From an archaeon (GTDB lineage: Archaea; Thermoproteota; Nitrososphaeria; Nitrososphaerales; Gagatemarchaeaceae): a DNA stretch of 64,000 bases. The DNA is taken from contig CP066694.1 in NCBI GenBank assembly GCA_016432545.1, positions 1,307,206 through 1,371,205 of the forward strand, in the 5' to 3' direction. The translations under genes were made by a program, and so were the position numbers. The notes under the pieces were generated by a model, which was given only the letters and a program-made list of their open reading frames with translations, did no database searches and was not told the origin of the DNA. The first letter of the stretch is position 1. Each line of letters begins with the position of its first letter. Shown here in pieces: positions 34,370-43,979 of this stretch.

Positions 34370-35996
34370 CTGAGCAGCAAGACTTCGTTCGCGGAGATTT
34401 CGCCATCAGAGTTCTTTCTACCGTAACCGCGACCTGGCGGGCTTCACCAACCCCGCCCGAGCCCTCTACATGGCGGTCCGCGAGCTCGTGGAGAACTCCA
34501 TGGACGCCGCAGAGCTGGCTGGGACGCCTCCCGACGTCTACGTCAGGATCACCAGCGAGAACACGAACCCGGAGTTCCAGGACCCGAAGCCATACCGGCT
34601 GACGGTGATCGACAACGGCCCCGGGGTCGCCCCCCAGCACGTCCCCAGCGCCTTCGGGAAGGTCTTCTACGGCTCGAAGTACGTCCTCCGGCAGTCGCGC
34701 GGTATGTTCGGGCTCGGAGGCACGATGGCGATACTCTATGGGCAGATCACGACCAACAAGCCGGTCACGATCATGACCTCGCCCGACGGCAAGAAGAAGC
34801 ACACCTTCCAGATGATGATAGACATCGGAGAGAACAGGCCCGTGGTCCTCCGCCGCTCTTCCGCAGAGGCGAACGGCACGACTGGGACCAGGGTCGACTT
34901 GACCCTCGAGGGCGACTACCTCAGGGCCTCGCAGAAGATCGGCGATTACTTCAAACAGACTGCTCTGGTCGCGAGCTACGCGAACATCACCTTCGTCGAC
35001 CCGCTGGGCCAGCTCACATTCTACGAAAGGGTCACGACCTCGATGCCCCCTGCCCCGAAGGAGACCCTTCCCCATCCCTATGGGATCGATGTCGAGGCCT
35101 TCAAGCGGATCATCAAGCTCTCCGAGGAGCACAACATGCAGTCGTTCATGGTCGCGCACTTCCACAGGGTCGGGGAGAAGATCGCGACCAAGTTCCTAGA
35201 GTTTGCGGGAGTCAGCCCGAGGCTTCCCCCCAGGCGTCTCAACAACCTCCAGATCGTCTCGCTCGTGGACGCGCTCCAACGCTTCCCCGACTTCCTGGCT
35301 CCCGACGCTGCCTGCCTCTCGCCCGTAGGGGAGGAGATACTGCTCGCAGGGATCAACAAGGAGCTCCAGCCCGAGTTCTCCACAGTGATCACCCGCCCCC
35401 CTTCGTCATACTCTGGGTTCCCATTCCTGGTCGAAGTCGGGGTCGCCTACGGAGGGAAGGTCCTCCAGCCGGGGGTCAAGCTCTTCAGGTTCGCGAACCG
35501 CATACCACTGCTCTACGACGAAAGCTCTGACGTCAGCTTCAAGATCCTCAACGAGGACATCGACTGGAGGAGGTACCACATCCCTCCCGAGGCCCCTGTG
35601 GGAGTGATCACCCACATCTGTTCCACCAAGATCCCCTACAAGACCGTCGGCAAGGAGTACATCGCGGACAGGCCCGAGATCGAAAGGGACGTCAAGAACG
35701 CAGCGAGAGAGGCGCTACGGAGGCTGGGCCTCTTCATGTCGAAGAAGGGGAGCATGGAAGCGGTCCAGAGGAAGATGAACATCTACGGCAAGTACCTCCC
35801 CCTCATAGCGAAGTTCTCCGCCGAGCTCGCGGGCCAGAAGCGCATGCCAAAGTACAGGAACCTGATCGGGGATGGCCCTCAGGACCCCGACGGCGAGCCC
35901 GTCGAGGACGCAGGCGATGCCCAAGCCGCAGCCCTGAAGGAGATCGAGATTGAGCAAAAGAAAATCGACCAGTACGGCGGAGACAAGGAAGAGTAG
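34370..35996 (+). CDS. top6B: DNA topoisomerase VI subunit B, +1 frameshift near 34415-34418
   Basis: SD GGAGGTGG, then CTG-SSKTSFAEISPSEFF in one frame, continuing YRNRDLAGF...ELVENSMDA in the +1 frame. Confidence 0.9.
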
Positions 35997-37047
35997 CGCC
36001 CAGGCCCTCCTTAAGGACCTGGGGCAGAGCGTCTACTCAGACCTCGACGCAGGGAGGTTCCCGAGCCTCACCTTTGCGAGCAGGTCCGTCAGGAACATAG
36101 TCTACGACAAGAAGCTCCAGCAGTTCATCCTGGGCGCGGCCACCGTCAAGAGGTCTTCCGGGAACATCAAGCACATACGCCCTTTCACCCAACTCCTGTG
36201 GCTCGCATTCTTCGCGAAGAAGCTGGTGGACGAAAAGAAGACCTCGACCCTCCGAGACGTCTTCTACTCTGCGCAAGCCTTCGGCGTGGAGTTCGTGGAC
36301 CAGGCCGAGTCCGACGAGCTGATCACCGACCTGGAAGTCGTCATGCAGATGGCAAGGGAGGGGATGCACATCTTTCCGGAGGAGAGGAGCGCAATCTTCG
36401 GGGACCTCACCATCGAATACACGGTCCCCGGCTACGAGGGGAAGAGGGCAGACATGTCGGGTAACCCTGACGGCGTGATGATTGGGCCTGCCCTAACGAC
36501 CGCCGAATTCGTAGACACAGACGCGGAGATCGTGATCGCGATCGAGAAGGGCGGCCTCTTCACTAGGTTCGTGGAAGAGCAGGTGCACAAGAAGTACAAG
36601 GCAATTCTGATCAACACCGCGGGCCAGCCGCCTAGGTCGACGCGGTTCCTACTCAGACGTCTCAACCAGGAGCTGGGGCTTCCCGTGGGCATCCTCTGCG
36701 ACGCAGACCCTTGGGGTGCACACATAGCAATGGTTTGTAAGGGGGGCTCAGCCAATTCGGCTCACCTCCGGGAGCTCACCACCCCCGACGCCGTCTGGCT
36801 CGGGGTCTGGGCTTCGGACATCGTAAAGTACAAACTCCCTTCCGACAAGCTCACCGACGTCGACATCAAGCGCCTCTACGAGCTGAAGGCGGACCCACGT
36901 TATACGGACAAGATGTGGCACGACGAGCTGGACACTTTCCTCAGGATCAAGAAGAAGAGCGAGCAGGAGGCCTTCGCCAGATACGGGCTGAGCTACATCG
37001 TGGACAAGTACCTGCCCGAAAAGCTTCAGCTCATGAAGAGCTTCTAA
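35950..37047 (+). CDS. top6A: DNA topoisomerase VI subunit A
   Basis: STLRDVFY; AIEKGG; CDADPWG. Confidence 0.95.
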   Translation: MSKRKSTSTAETRKSSAQALLKDLGQSVYSDLDAGRFPSLTFASRSVRNIVYDKKLQQFILGAATVKRSSGNIKHIRPFTQLLWLAFFAKKLVDEKKTSTLRDVFYSAQAFGVEFVDQAESDELITDLEVVMQMAREGMHIFPEERSAIFGDLTIEYTVPGYEGKRADMSGNPDGVMIGPALTTAEFVDTDAEIVIAIEKGGLFTRFVEEQVHKKYKAILINTAGQPPRSTRFLLRRLNQELGLPVGILCDADPWGAHIAMVCKGGSANSAHLRELTTPDAVWLGVWASDIVKYKLPSDKLTDVDIKRLYELKADPRYTDKMWHDELDTFLRIKKKSEQEAFARYGLSYIVDKYLPEKLQLMKSF

Positions 37048-37723
37048 GCCGCCTCTGCACGGCTGCACTCGAAAGTTCCCTCTTCGCATCCGCGGCCACC
37101 CACTTCGCGCTGGGCGCATCCATCTTCGAGATCCTCCCGGCAGCCCTCAGGGCGATCCCGTTGAGCCTCCTGTTCCTCTTGCCAATCTGCCTCAGCGCCC
37201 AGTTGACCGCCTTCTTGACAAAGTTCCGGGGGTCAGTGGAGCCGCGCTCGATGTGCGGAATGAACCCTTCGAAGGCGCTGTCCGGGGCCTTCTTGTCATG
37301 GACGGCCAGCTCGGCCATAAGCGCGTAGCCAGCCCTCTTCACGAACTCCTCCTCCCTCCAGCTCCACTCCACGGCTTTCCCGTATGCCAATGGGGTCTTG
37401 TCGAAGAGGGTCCCGCAGACACCGTCGCAGACGTCCCAGGAGTCGAATTCCGAGACCCAGGCTTCCATTTGCCTCTCAGTCACCTTCGACGGCTCGTCGA
37501 CCATAGCCGCAAGAATCCTTGCCTCGTGGATCTTTGTCTTCCACAGGGCAGCGGCCAGCGCATGGTCTCTCCCCAACTTCTTCGAGATGGCCCTGATCGT
37601 CGGCACGGAGAGGCCCAGCGCACTTCCGGTGGTGATCCCGAACCTTGTCATTCCTTTGACAACGGAGGGGTCCGCCTTCCGCCTCATCTCCTCAATCACA
37701 GCTTGCGCGTCCACGCCCTCCAT
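37031..37723 (-). CDS. DNA alkylation repair protein (AlkD-like)
   Basis: DSWDVCD; FVKKAVNWALRQIGKRN. Confidence 0.9.
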   Translation of the reverse strand: MEGVDAQAVIEEMRRKADPSVVKGMTRFGITTGSALGLSVPTIRAISKKLGRDHALAAALWKTKIHEARILAAMVDEPSKVTERQMEAWVSEFDSWDVCDGVCGTLFDKTPLAYGKAVEWSWREEEFVKRAGYALMAELAVHDKKAPDSAFEGFIPHIERGSTDPRNFVKKAVNWALRQIGKRNRRLNGIALRAAGRISKMDAPSAKWVAADAKRELSSAAVQRRLRSSS

Positions 37724-37774
37724 CGCATCGAAGAACTTCTAAATACCCACTGCCATCTGCCCGAACAGACCTGG

Positions 37775-37981
37775 ATGACCTTCACAGCGCAGCAGTCTAG
37801 GGTCGACGCACTCCTGCGCCTCATGGGCCTCATCGTCCTCGCGTTCGGTCTGGCCCTGATCTACCTGAGCTACACCAACTCCTCCTTTCCAATCGCTCCC
37901 GCAATCCTGACGATCAACTACTCCCTCGGAATCATGCTCACGATAGTGGGCCTGCTCGCCACATTTTCGAAGTTCAAGTGA
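37775..37981 (+). CDS. Small two-TM membrane protein
   Basis: 68-aa hydrophobic ORF just upstream of ino1. Confidence 0.6.
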   Translation: MTFTAQQSRVDALLRLMGLIVLAFGLALIYLSYTNSSFPIAPAILTINYSLGIMLTIVGLLATFSKFK

Positions 37982-37986
37982 TCTGG

Positions 37987-39024
37987 ATGCCCGTCAGGGT
38001 GGCTCTTGCGGGCGTCGGCAATTGCGCCTCGGTCTTCCTTCAGGGCCTGGAATTCTACTCGAAGGGTAAGTCAGCCGGGCTCTGGCACCCCAGCGTGGCC
38101 GGCCTGCGCCCCGGCGATGTCAAGGTGGTGGCTGCGTTCGACATCGACCAAAGAAAAGTAGGCCTCGACCTCTCCAAGGCCGCCTTTGCGACCCCCAACG
38201 TAGTCCGAAGATACGCCGACCTCCGGAGGTCAGGCGTCAAGGTCAAGGCGGGCGTTTCCTCCGGGGACATTCCGCCGCACCTGAAGGGGAGTAAGCTGAC
38301 GAAGTCTGGTACTGCCTCTGTGGCCGGAGAGCTAGAGTCGGCGGACGCGGACATCCTGGTCAACATGATCTCTTCGGGATCCGACGCATCGTCCGAGGCT
38401 TACGCCGCGGCGGCGCTCAAGGCCGGATGCGCCTTCGTGAACTGTACGCCTGCGCTCCTTCTCAAGAGGAACAAACTTGCGGCCGCCTACGCGAAGGCGA
38501 AGCTTCCCCTGGTCGGGGACGACCTCATGAGCCAGTTCGGGGGCACGGTCTTCCACAAAGGCCTCCTCGGGATGATGGTCAAGAGGGGCGTCAAGATCTC
38601 CAAGAGCTACCAGCTGGACGTTGGCGGAGGCTCTGAAACCCTCAACACGATTGACGAGTCGATCAAGATGGCCAAGAGAGAGGTGAAGACCACTTCCGTG
38701 GCTTCGGAGGTTCCTTACAAGTTCGAGACGATAGCGGGGACGACGGACTATGTCGACTACATGGGCAACGATAGGACGAGCTACTTCTGGTTCGAGGGGA
38801 GCGGTTTCATGAACTCCGGCATCTCCGTCGATGTCTACCTGAGGTCCTCAGACGGCGCCAACGCTGGGAACGTCCTCCTTGACGTGATCAGGGCCACCCA
38901 CCGGGCAAGGAAGACCGGCAAGACGGGGACGGTGGGGGAGATCTGCGCCTATGGGTTCAAGTCTCCGCCGAAGCCAACGGGCTTCGAGGAAGCCGCTAGG
39001 AAGTTCGCAGCCCTCTACCTGTGA
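37987..39024 (+). CDS. ino1: myo-inositol-1-phosphate synthase family protein
   Basis: GVGNCAS; VAAFDID; GDDLMSQFG; YGFKSPP. Confidence 0.88.
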   Translation: MPVRVALAGVGNCASVFLQGLEFYSKGKSAGLWHPSVAGLRPGDVKVVAAFDIDQRKVGLDLSKAAFATPNVVRRYADLRRSGVKVKAGVSSGDIPPHLKGSKLTKSGTASVAGELESADADILVNMISSGSDASSEAYAAAALKAGCAFVNCTPALLLKRNKLAAAYAKAKLPLVGDDLMSQFGGTVFHKGLLGMMVKRGVKISKSYQLDVGGGSETLNTIDESIKMAKREVKTTSVASEVPYKFETIAGTTDYVDYMGNDRTSYFWFEGSGFMNSGISVDVYLRSSDGANAGNVLLDVIRATHRARKTGKTGTVGEICAYGFKSPPKPTGFEEAARKFAALYL

Positions 39025-39056
39025 CTCTCCTCACGATTGCGAAGTCGCCTGGCCAG

Positions 39057-40064
39057 TCAGAAGAGGGCAGGAACGAAGCCTAGTATCCCGACCAAGAACT
39101 GCAAAGCCAAGGTCCGCTTTATCGGAGCGCCCGAGCGCCTGGCAATCTGGAGTGCTAGGATGTTTGCGAAGGAGCCTATGGGCCCAATGTTGCCCGCCAG
39201 ACCCGCCTCGACTGCTATCTTAGGAGCCATCCAGGGCTGCAGAGTCGATACCCCAAGGATGAGCTGCGTGGCTGGGACGTTGCCGATCAGATTGGAGACG
39301 AGTCCCATGAACAGACCCGAATAGGGCTGCACCCCCTCCGCTGCAGGCTGCGCGAGAGGACGCAGGCTCCCTGAAAGGAAGTATCCTGCAACAGTGGTCA
39401 GGCCCACGAAGGCCCACAGGGTGATGAGGCTCCGCAAGTCGAACTCGGCTGCCACTCCTCTCGCGGCATTCCGATTGAAGAGGAACCCCGACAAGAACGC
39501 CAGACCGAGAGCAACGGACGGGCCCAGCCCTAGCGAGTCCCCCGCCAACACCACGGCCGCGACCAGGACAAGATAGACCGCCGGGAGTGAGGAGCCGACG
39601 GCCGTCGGGAACTCCTTCCCAGTGCCGACTCTCTTCGCGAAGGGCAGGAGGACCACGCACGCGAGGCCGCCGGATGCCACCAGGGGCAACCAAGCCCCTT
39701 CAACAAATTGGGAGACGCTCAGTCCTGAGGCAGACCAGAGGAGGATGTTCTGAGGATTGCCGAAGGGCGAAACCGAGCTTGCGATGTTGGTGAAGGCTAT
39801 CTCGGCCACAAGGAGCGGCGCCACGTCGACCGCAAAGTGCTTGGCGAACTTCACGACCACCGGTGTGAGGATGACTATCACGACATCGTTGAGGATGAAA
39901 GGAGAGAACAGGGAGGAGACCGCGACGACGGCGAAGACGATGCCCACCCGGCCTTCGAAGGAGGCGACGAACCGCCGCAGAAATTCCTCCCCGCCCATGG
40001 CTTGGAACTGGGCGGCGACTCCAAACAGGGCCGCCAAAGAGGCGTAGATCGAGAAGTCAATCAA
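39057..40064 (-). CDS. ArsB/NhaD (CitMHS-like) anion permease
   Basis: LNDV; SPFGNPQN; GNVPA; GSFAN. The N-terminus looks short. Confidence 0.8.
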   Translation of the reverse strand: MIDFSIYASLAALFGVAAQFQAMGGEEFLRRFVASFEGRVGIVFAVVAVSSLFSPFILNDVVIVILTPVVVKFAKHFAVDVAPLLVAEIAFTNIASSVSPFGNPQNILLWSASGLSVSQFVEGAWLPLVASGGLACVVLLPFAKRVGTGKEFPTAVGSSLPAVYLVLVAAVVLAGDSLGLGPSVALGLAFLSGFLFNRNAARGVAAEFDLRSLITLWAFVGLTTVAGYFLSGSLRPLAQPAAEGVQPYSGLFMGLVSNLIGNVPATQLILGVSTLQPWMAPKIAVEAGLAGNIGPIGSFANILALQIARRSGAPIKRTLALQFLVGILGFVPALF

Positions 40065-40177
40065 GGCCGGAGCAGAATCGGGCCTATCCTTGGGCTCTCA
40101 AACATTTCCATCGCGGGTCTCCGGGGAGCAATCGGCCAACCTAGTTCTTTTAACGGGTGGTTCGTGGGGGTAAATTC

Positions 40178-40414
40178 ATGGCTTCGATAAGGGTCAAGGA
40201 TGACGGCTCTGTACCGGCCGTTGAGAAGGGGCGGGAAGCGCCGTTCAAGCAAGGTGAGTTCTACGTCTTTGAAGTTCCCGACGACATTGCGAGGTATTGG
40301 AACAAGATGGACCCTGGCAGGAGAGCGGAGCTTTCAAAACAATCGAGAAAGGAAGGCAAGGACCTTCGATTGATTCTCGACGCATACGTCCACAAGCCCG
40401 CACGCATGAAGTGA
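40178..40414 (+). CDS. Small hypothetical protein
   Basis: 78-aa ORF with an upstream TTTTAA box. Confidence 0.5.
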   Translation: MASIRVKDDGSVPAVEKGREAPFKQGEFYVFEVPDDIARYWNKMDPGRRAELSKQSRKEGKDLRLILDAYVHKPARMK

Positions 40415-40436
40415 CGCCCGAGTAGTCGAACTAGAG

Positions 40437-40544
40437 CGGCGCCGGTCGGACTCGAACCGACGACCAACAGGTGTCTGCACTCATGGCTAACAGCCTGCTG
40501 CTCTACCACGCTACCCGGCCAATTTGCCTCTGAGCTACGGCGCC
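40437..40544 (-). tRNA. tRNA-Asn(GTT) with two introns
   Basis: GGCGCCG acceptor stem; TTCGAGT T-loop; 15-nt intron at 37/38 and about 19-nt D-loop intron, both BHB-like. Confidence 0.88.
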
Positions 40545-40620
40545 GCGGTTTGGAGGGCCCGGAGATGCGCTCAAAAACATTGGCTTCGCTTAAATCTCAA
40601 GCAACGCCGCAGCAACGCCA

Positions 40621-41097
40621 ATGGCCGCAGACTTCACGGGGTCCAAGAAAGAGGTAGCAGCCGTGATTCGCGCCTTCTTTGAGGCTGGCAAGAACAAGGA
40701 CATCCCATCTCTCCCCACCTTCCACTCGGACTTCGAGTCATTCACGAAGTTCGACGAGAACCCTCCATACACCCGGCAGAACTCGGAGGAGGCGTTCATG
40801 TATGAGCAGGCGGCCTTCGCGAACATCTCCGACTATGAGTATCAGATAGATGCCCTTAGGATCGACCTCTTCGGTGACACTTCAGTCGCCACTTTCTACC
40901 TGATGTACAAGGGCATGTTCGTCAACGACTACTCCTTCGAAGGCTCTCCGGTCAGCTCCAAGGCGAGGGTCACGATGGTCCTCAGGAGGGGGCCGCAGGG
41001 ATGGAGGATAGCTCACGAGCACTTCAGCAAGTTCCCGGAAAGGGTTGGAGGGGACCGCAAGTCGTCCGAGTCATCTCCTCCCAGGCCTGCCCCCTAG
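40621..41097 (+). CDS. NTF2/SnoaL-like protein
   Basis: RVTMVLRRGPQGWRIAHEHFS. Confidence 0.85.
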   Translation: MAADFTGSKKEVAAVIRAFFEAGKNKDIPSLPTFHSDFESFTKFDENPPYTRQNSEEAFMYEQAAFANISDYEYQIDALRIDLFGDTSVATFYLMYKGMFVNDYSFEGSPVSSKARVTMVLRRGPQGWRIAHEHFSKFPERVGGDRKSSESSPPRPAP

Positions 41098-42144
41098 TTT
41101 GCCGATTAGTCGAGCCCATCTGAACCCTGACGGATAGTGCCACCAGTGGTAGAGGATCGCGGCCACCACTGCGACCCTGGCGTAGATCGAAAAGCCCATC
41201 AGCGCCGAGGTCACAGGGATCTTGAAGAAGCCGCCCTGGAAGTCGAAAAGGAGCTTCCCGCCCAGGAATCCCAATTGCCCCTCTAGCCACGGGACCAAAT
41301 CCACGTGGAAGCCGAAGAGCAGGTCGCCCACGAAGAAGTATCCCACGTCGTTGGTCAGCGACACGAGGAGGCCTAGGCTCAAAGCGAGCTGCCAGTCTTT
41401 GGTGCCCTGGAAGACGATGAGGACTCCAAAGGGCGCCATGTACGTCAACACCAACCAGATGTGGTACGCTGGTGCCGCAGTCGCGTAGAGGTCTATCCAA
41501 TTAACAAGAATGAGTCCGTAGAAGAGCGAGAAGAGGACGAGTTTGAGGACCGTGAGCTGCCTCTTGTTCGAGGGTCCTAGGCCTGAAACTACGGTTTCCA
41601 CCCCGTTCACAAGGACCACCAAGGAGAGTAGGGCGACTAGCGTGAACTCGGCTATCCCAGGCACGAGGAGGGCAAGGCCTGCGAGGAACACCGTAACCAC
41701 TCCCGTCGCAGCCGCGGAGCCCCTTAGCCACCTCGGGCGGCCCGCCCCGACCGCGTGGACGATCCTGCCAAGCCCTTGGAGCGTGAGACCGACCGCTAGC
41801 ACGTAGGTTATGGTCCTTAGGCTCAGGTCGGGAAACAGAAAGGCGCCGAGGGCGAGACCTACTCCGAGGACCCCGCCTCCTGCGAGACCGAGAGCCTCGA
41901 TGCTGACCAGCCTCCTTCTGACTCCTCCGGTGAACGCCATCCTTACCGAGCCGAGGAATATCGCCAGCGCCAACAGGACGATCAGAGAAGCGACACCAAA
42001 GCTCGGATTCGCCAGGATGACGATCGAAATGCCAACTGACGTGAGCCCAACAAGGACCTCGAAAGTTCTGTACCAAGTCGGGACGCGAGTCTCAGCATCC
42101 ACGCCAGTTCCAGGGCCCATCTTCATCAATCCGAGTTTGACCAC
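41071..42144 (-). CDS. Multi-pass membrane protein with HdeD/DUF308-like repeats
   Basis: Repeated TM hairpins with P.G turns. Confidence 0.7.
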   Translation of the reverse strand: MVKLGLMKMGPGTGVDAETRVPTWYRTFEVLVGLTSVGISIVILANPSFGVASLIVLLALAIFLGSVRMAFTGGVRRRLVSIEALGLAGGGVLGVGLALGAFLFPDLSLRTITYVLAVGLTLQGLGRIVHAVGAGRPRWLRGSAAATGVVTVFLAGLALLVPGIAEFTLVALLSLVVLVNGVETVVSGLGPSNKRQLTVLKLVLFSLFYGLILVNWIDLYATAAPAYHIWLVLTYMAPFGVLIVFQGTKDWQLALSLGLLVSLTNDVGYFFVGDLLFGFHVDLVPWLEGQLGFLGGKLLFDFQGGFFKIPVTSALMGFSIYARVAVVAAILYHWWHYPSGFRWARLIGKLGGRPGRR

Positions 42145-42227
42145 TAATTAACCGCCCTCCGAGAACTTCCGCTCGCAATTGCGGCCCCCCTCAACGGGCC
42201 ATTGTAGCCAGAGGGGAAGGCCTAACC

Positions 42228-42318
42228 TGGGCCTGGCCGGATTTGAACCGGCGACCGTTCGGTGTCTCGGGATTGCCCGTATGAGCCGAACGCTCTTACC
42301 GAACTGAGCTACAGGCCC
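42228..42318 (-). tRNA. tRNA with CAT anticodon (probably Ile2), 16-nt intron at 37/38
   Basis: GGGCCTG acceptor stem typical of Ile; CTCATA then intron; GGTTCAAATCC. Confidence 0.85.
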
Positions 42319-42402
42319 CGATTCATCGGTTCCCATGCCTCGTTTTTAACCTCTGGCGACCAAAGGCTAATTAGTCCCCGAAACTCCCTTGAAGTCGTCA
42401 CA

Positions 42403-42699
42403 GTGAGCAAGGACCTAGACGAAGGATTCCAGGACATCCTAGCAGAACTAGATAGAGAAGAAGCCCGGGTCAAGATTCGTATGGAGATGCGCCGCTTCGG
42501 CAAGCCCACCACAGTCATCGAGGGGATCAAGATGAGCGAGAAGGACATGCACGAGCTGAGCTCCAAGATGAAGCGCGCCCTCGCCACGGGCGGGACTGTC
42601 AAGGACGGAATCATGATCCTCCAGGGGGACCATCGGGAGAGCGCAGCCAAGATGCTGATGCAGAACGGATTCTCCGAGGGCTCGATCGAAGTAATCTAG
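42403..42699 (+). CDS. Translation factor SUI1/aIF-1
   Basis: RRFGKPTTVIEG...LATGGTVKDG..LQGDHR. Confidence 0.92.
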   Translation: MSKDLDEGFQDILAELDREEARVKIRMEMRRFGKPTTVIEGIKMSEKDMHELSSKMKRALATGGTVKDGIMILQGDHRESAAKMLMQNGFSEGSIEVI

Positions 42700-42787
42700 A
42701 CCTTTACTCCGAGGTCCCTCTCAACTTACTTTTGCGCTACTCATCTTTATAAAAGGTAAAACGAAGCGCCGTCTGGAAGGTCCGACC

Positions 42788-43978
42788 GTGTCGAAGCCTA
42801 TCACTACCTTCGAGGACTTCATCAAGAGGATTCTGAAGGTCGTCTTCTGGGTCGCGCTCTTCCTCCCGCTGATAGGCGTCCCGATCTATTACGCCCTCGA
42901 CGGAATCTTCCATTTCCCCATCGACTTCTTCGCGCTCGCGACCGTGAAGCCCCTGGACTTCCTGGCCTTCCAGCTTAACCTGATCAACACCGAGCCCTTC
43001 AGGACCCTCTTCGCGCTCACGGTCTTCCCTGGCTTCACCTTCGTCGCCGTCTATTCCACGATCTTCATGGGCTGGGTCGAGCGCAAGTTCACGGCAAAGA
43101 TCCAGCTGAGGACCGGACCGATGTACGCAGGAAAGTTCGAGGGCATCGCCCAGAACTTTGCAGACTTCTTCAAGCTCCTCTTCAAGGAGATAATCATCCC
43201 CAACGGGGTCGACACCGCGACCTTCGTCGCGATCCCCTTCGCATTGATGGCGGTCGCGGGAGCCCTCATCGCACTGGTGCCCCTGTCGCCCACCACCTAC
43301 ATCGCGAACCCTACAGTTGGCGCCATTCTCGTCTTCGCCATCCTTGGCTTCTCGCCGCTGATCGTGCTCCTCGCAGGATGGGCGAGCAACAGCAAGTATC
43401 CCTTCCTGGGCGGACTGAGGGCCCTCCACCAGCTCGTCGCCTACGAGATCCCTCTGATACTCTCGCTCCTCGGGGCTGTCATCCTTTCCGGCTCGCTCAA
43501 CCTCGCGCCACTCGTCCCCGGAGGCCCGAGCATAGTGACGGCCCAGGCGAGAATCCCCTACATCCTGCTCCAGCCGCTGGGCGCCGCCGTCTTCTTCGTG
43601 GGGGCGCTCGCGGAGCTCGAACGTATACCCTTCGACCTTCCCGAGGCCGACAGCGAGCTTGTTGCCGGGTGGCAGACCGAGTACACGAGCATGCTCTTCG
43701 GGACCTTCCAGCTTGCGAACTTCTCGAGGATGTACATCATGGCAGGGCTCTTCACCACCTTCTTCCTTGGAGGCTGGCTGGGGCCCGCGCCCGTCCCTCC
43801 CGAGGTCTGGTTCATCCTGAAGACGACCGCCGTCATGATTGCCATGATGCTCCCTCGAAGCGTGATGCCAAGGGTCAGGATCGACCAGCTCCTCCGCGCC
43901 GGCTGGGTCAAACTCCTCGCCGCCTCCTTCCTCAACCTCTTCCTTACAATGGTCATCGTCTCCCTGGGGATTGCATAG
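42788..43978 (+). CDS. nuoH: Complex I subunit H
   Basis: ERKFTAKIQLRTGP; RIPFDLPEADSELVAG. Confidence 0.95.
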   Translation: MSKPITTFEDFIKRILKVVFWVALFLPLIGVPIYYALDGIFHFPIDFFALATVKPLDFLAFQLNLINTEPFRTLFALTVFPGFTFVAVYSTIFMGWVERKFTAKIQLRTGPMYAGKFEGIAQNFADFFKLLFKEIIIPNGVDTATFVAIPFALMAVAGALIALVPLSPTTYIANPTVGAILVFAILGFSPLIVLLAGWASNSKYPFLGGLRALHQLVAYEIPLILSLLGAVILSGSLNLAPLVPGGPSIVTAQARIPYILLQPLGAAVFFVGALAELERIPFDLPEADSELVAGWQTEYTSMLFGTFQLANFSRMYIMAGLFTTFFLGGWLGPAPVPPEVWFILKTTAVMIAMMLPRSVMPRVRIDQLLRAGWVKLLAASFLNLFLTMVIVSLGIA

Positions 43979-43979
43979 C

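Noticed and set aside
34262..34373. Possible C/D-box sRNA upstream of top6B
   Set aside because: The C box is imperfect (GTGATGG), and the CTGA is better explained as the top6B start codon.
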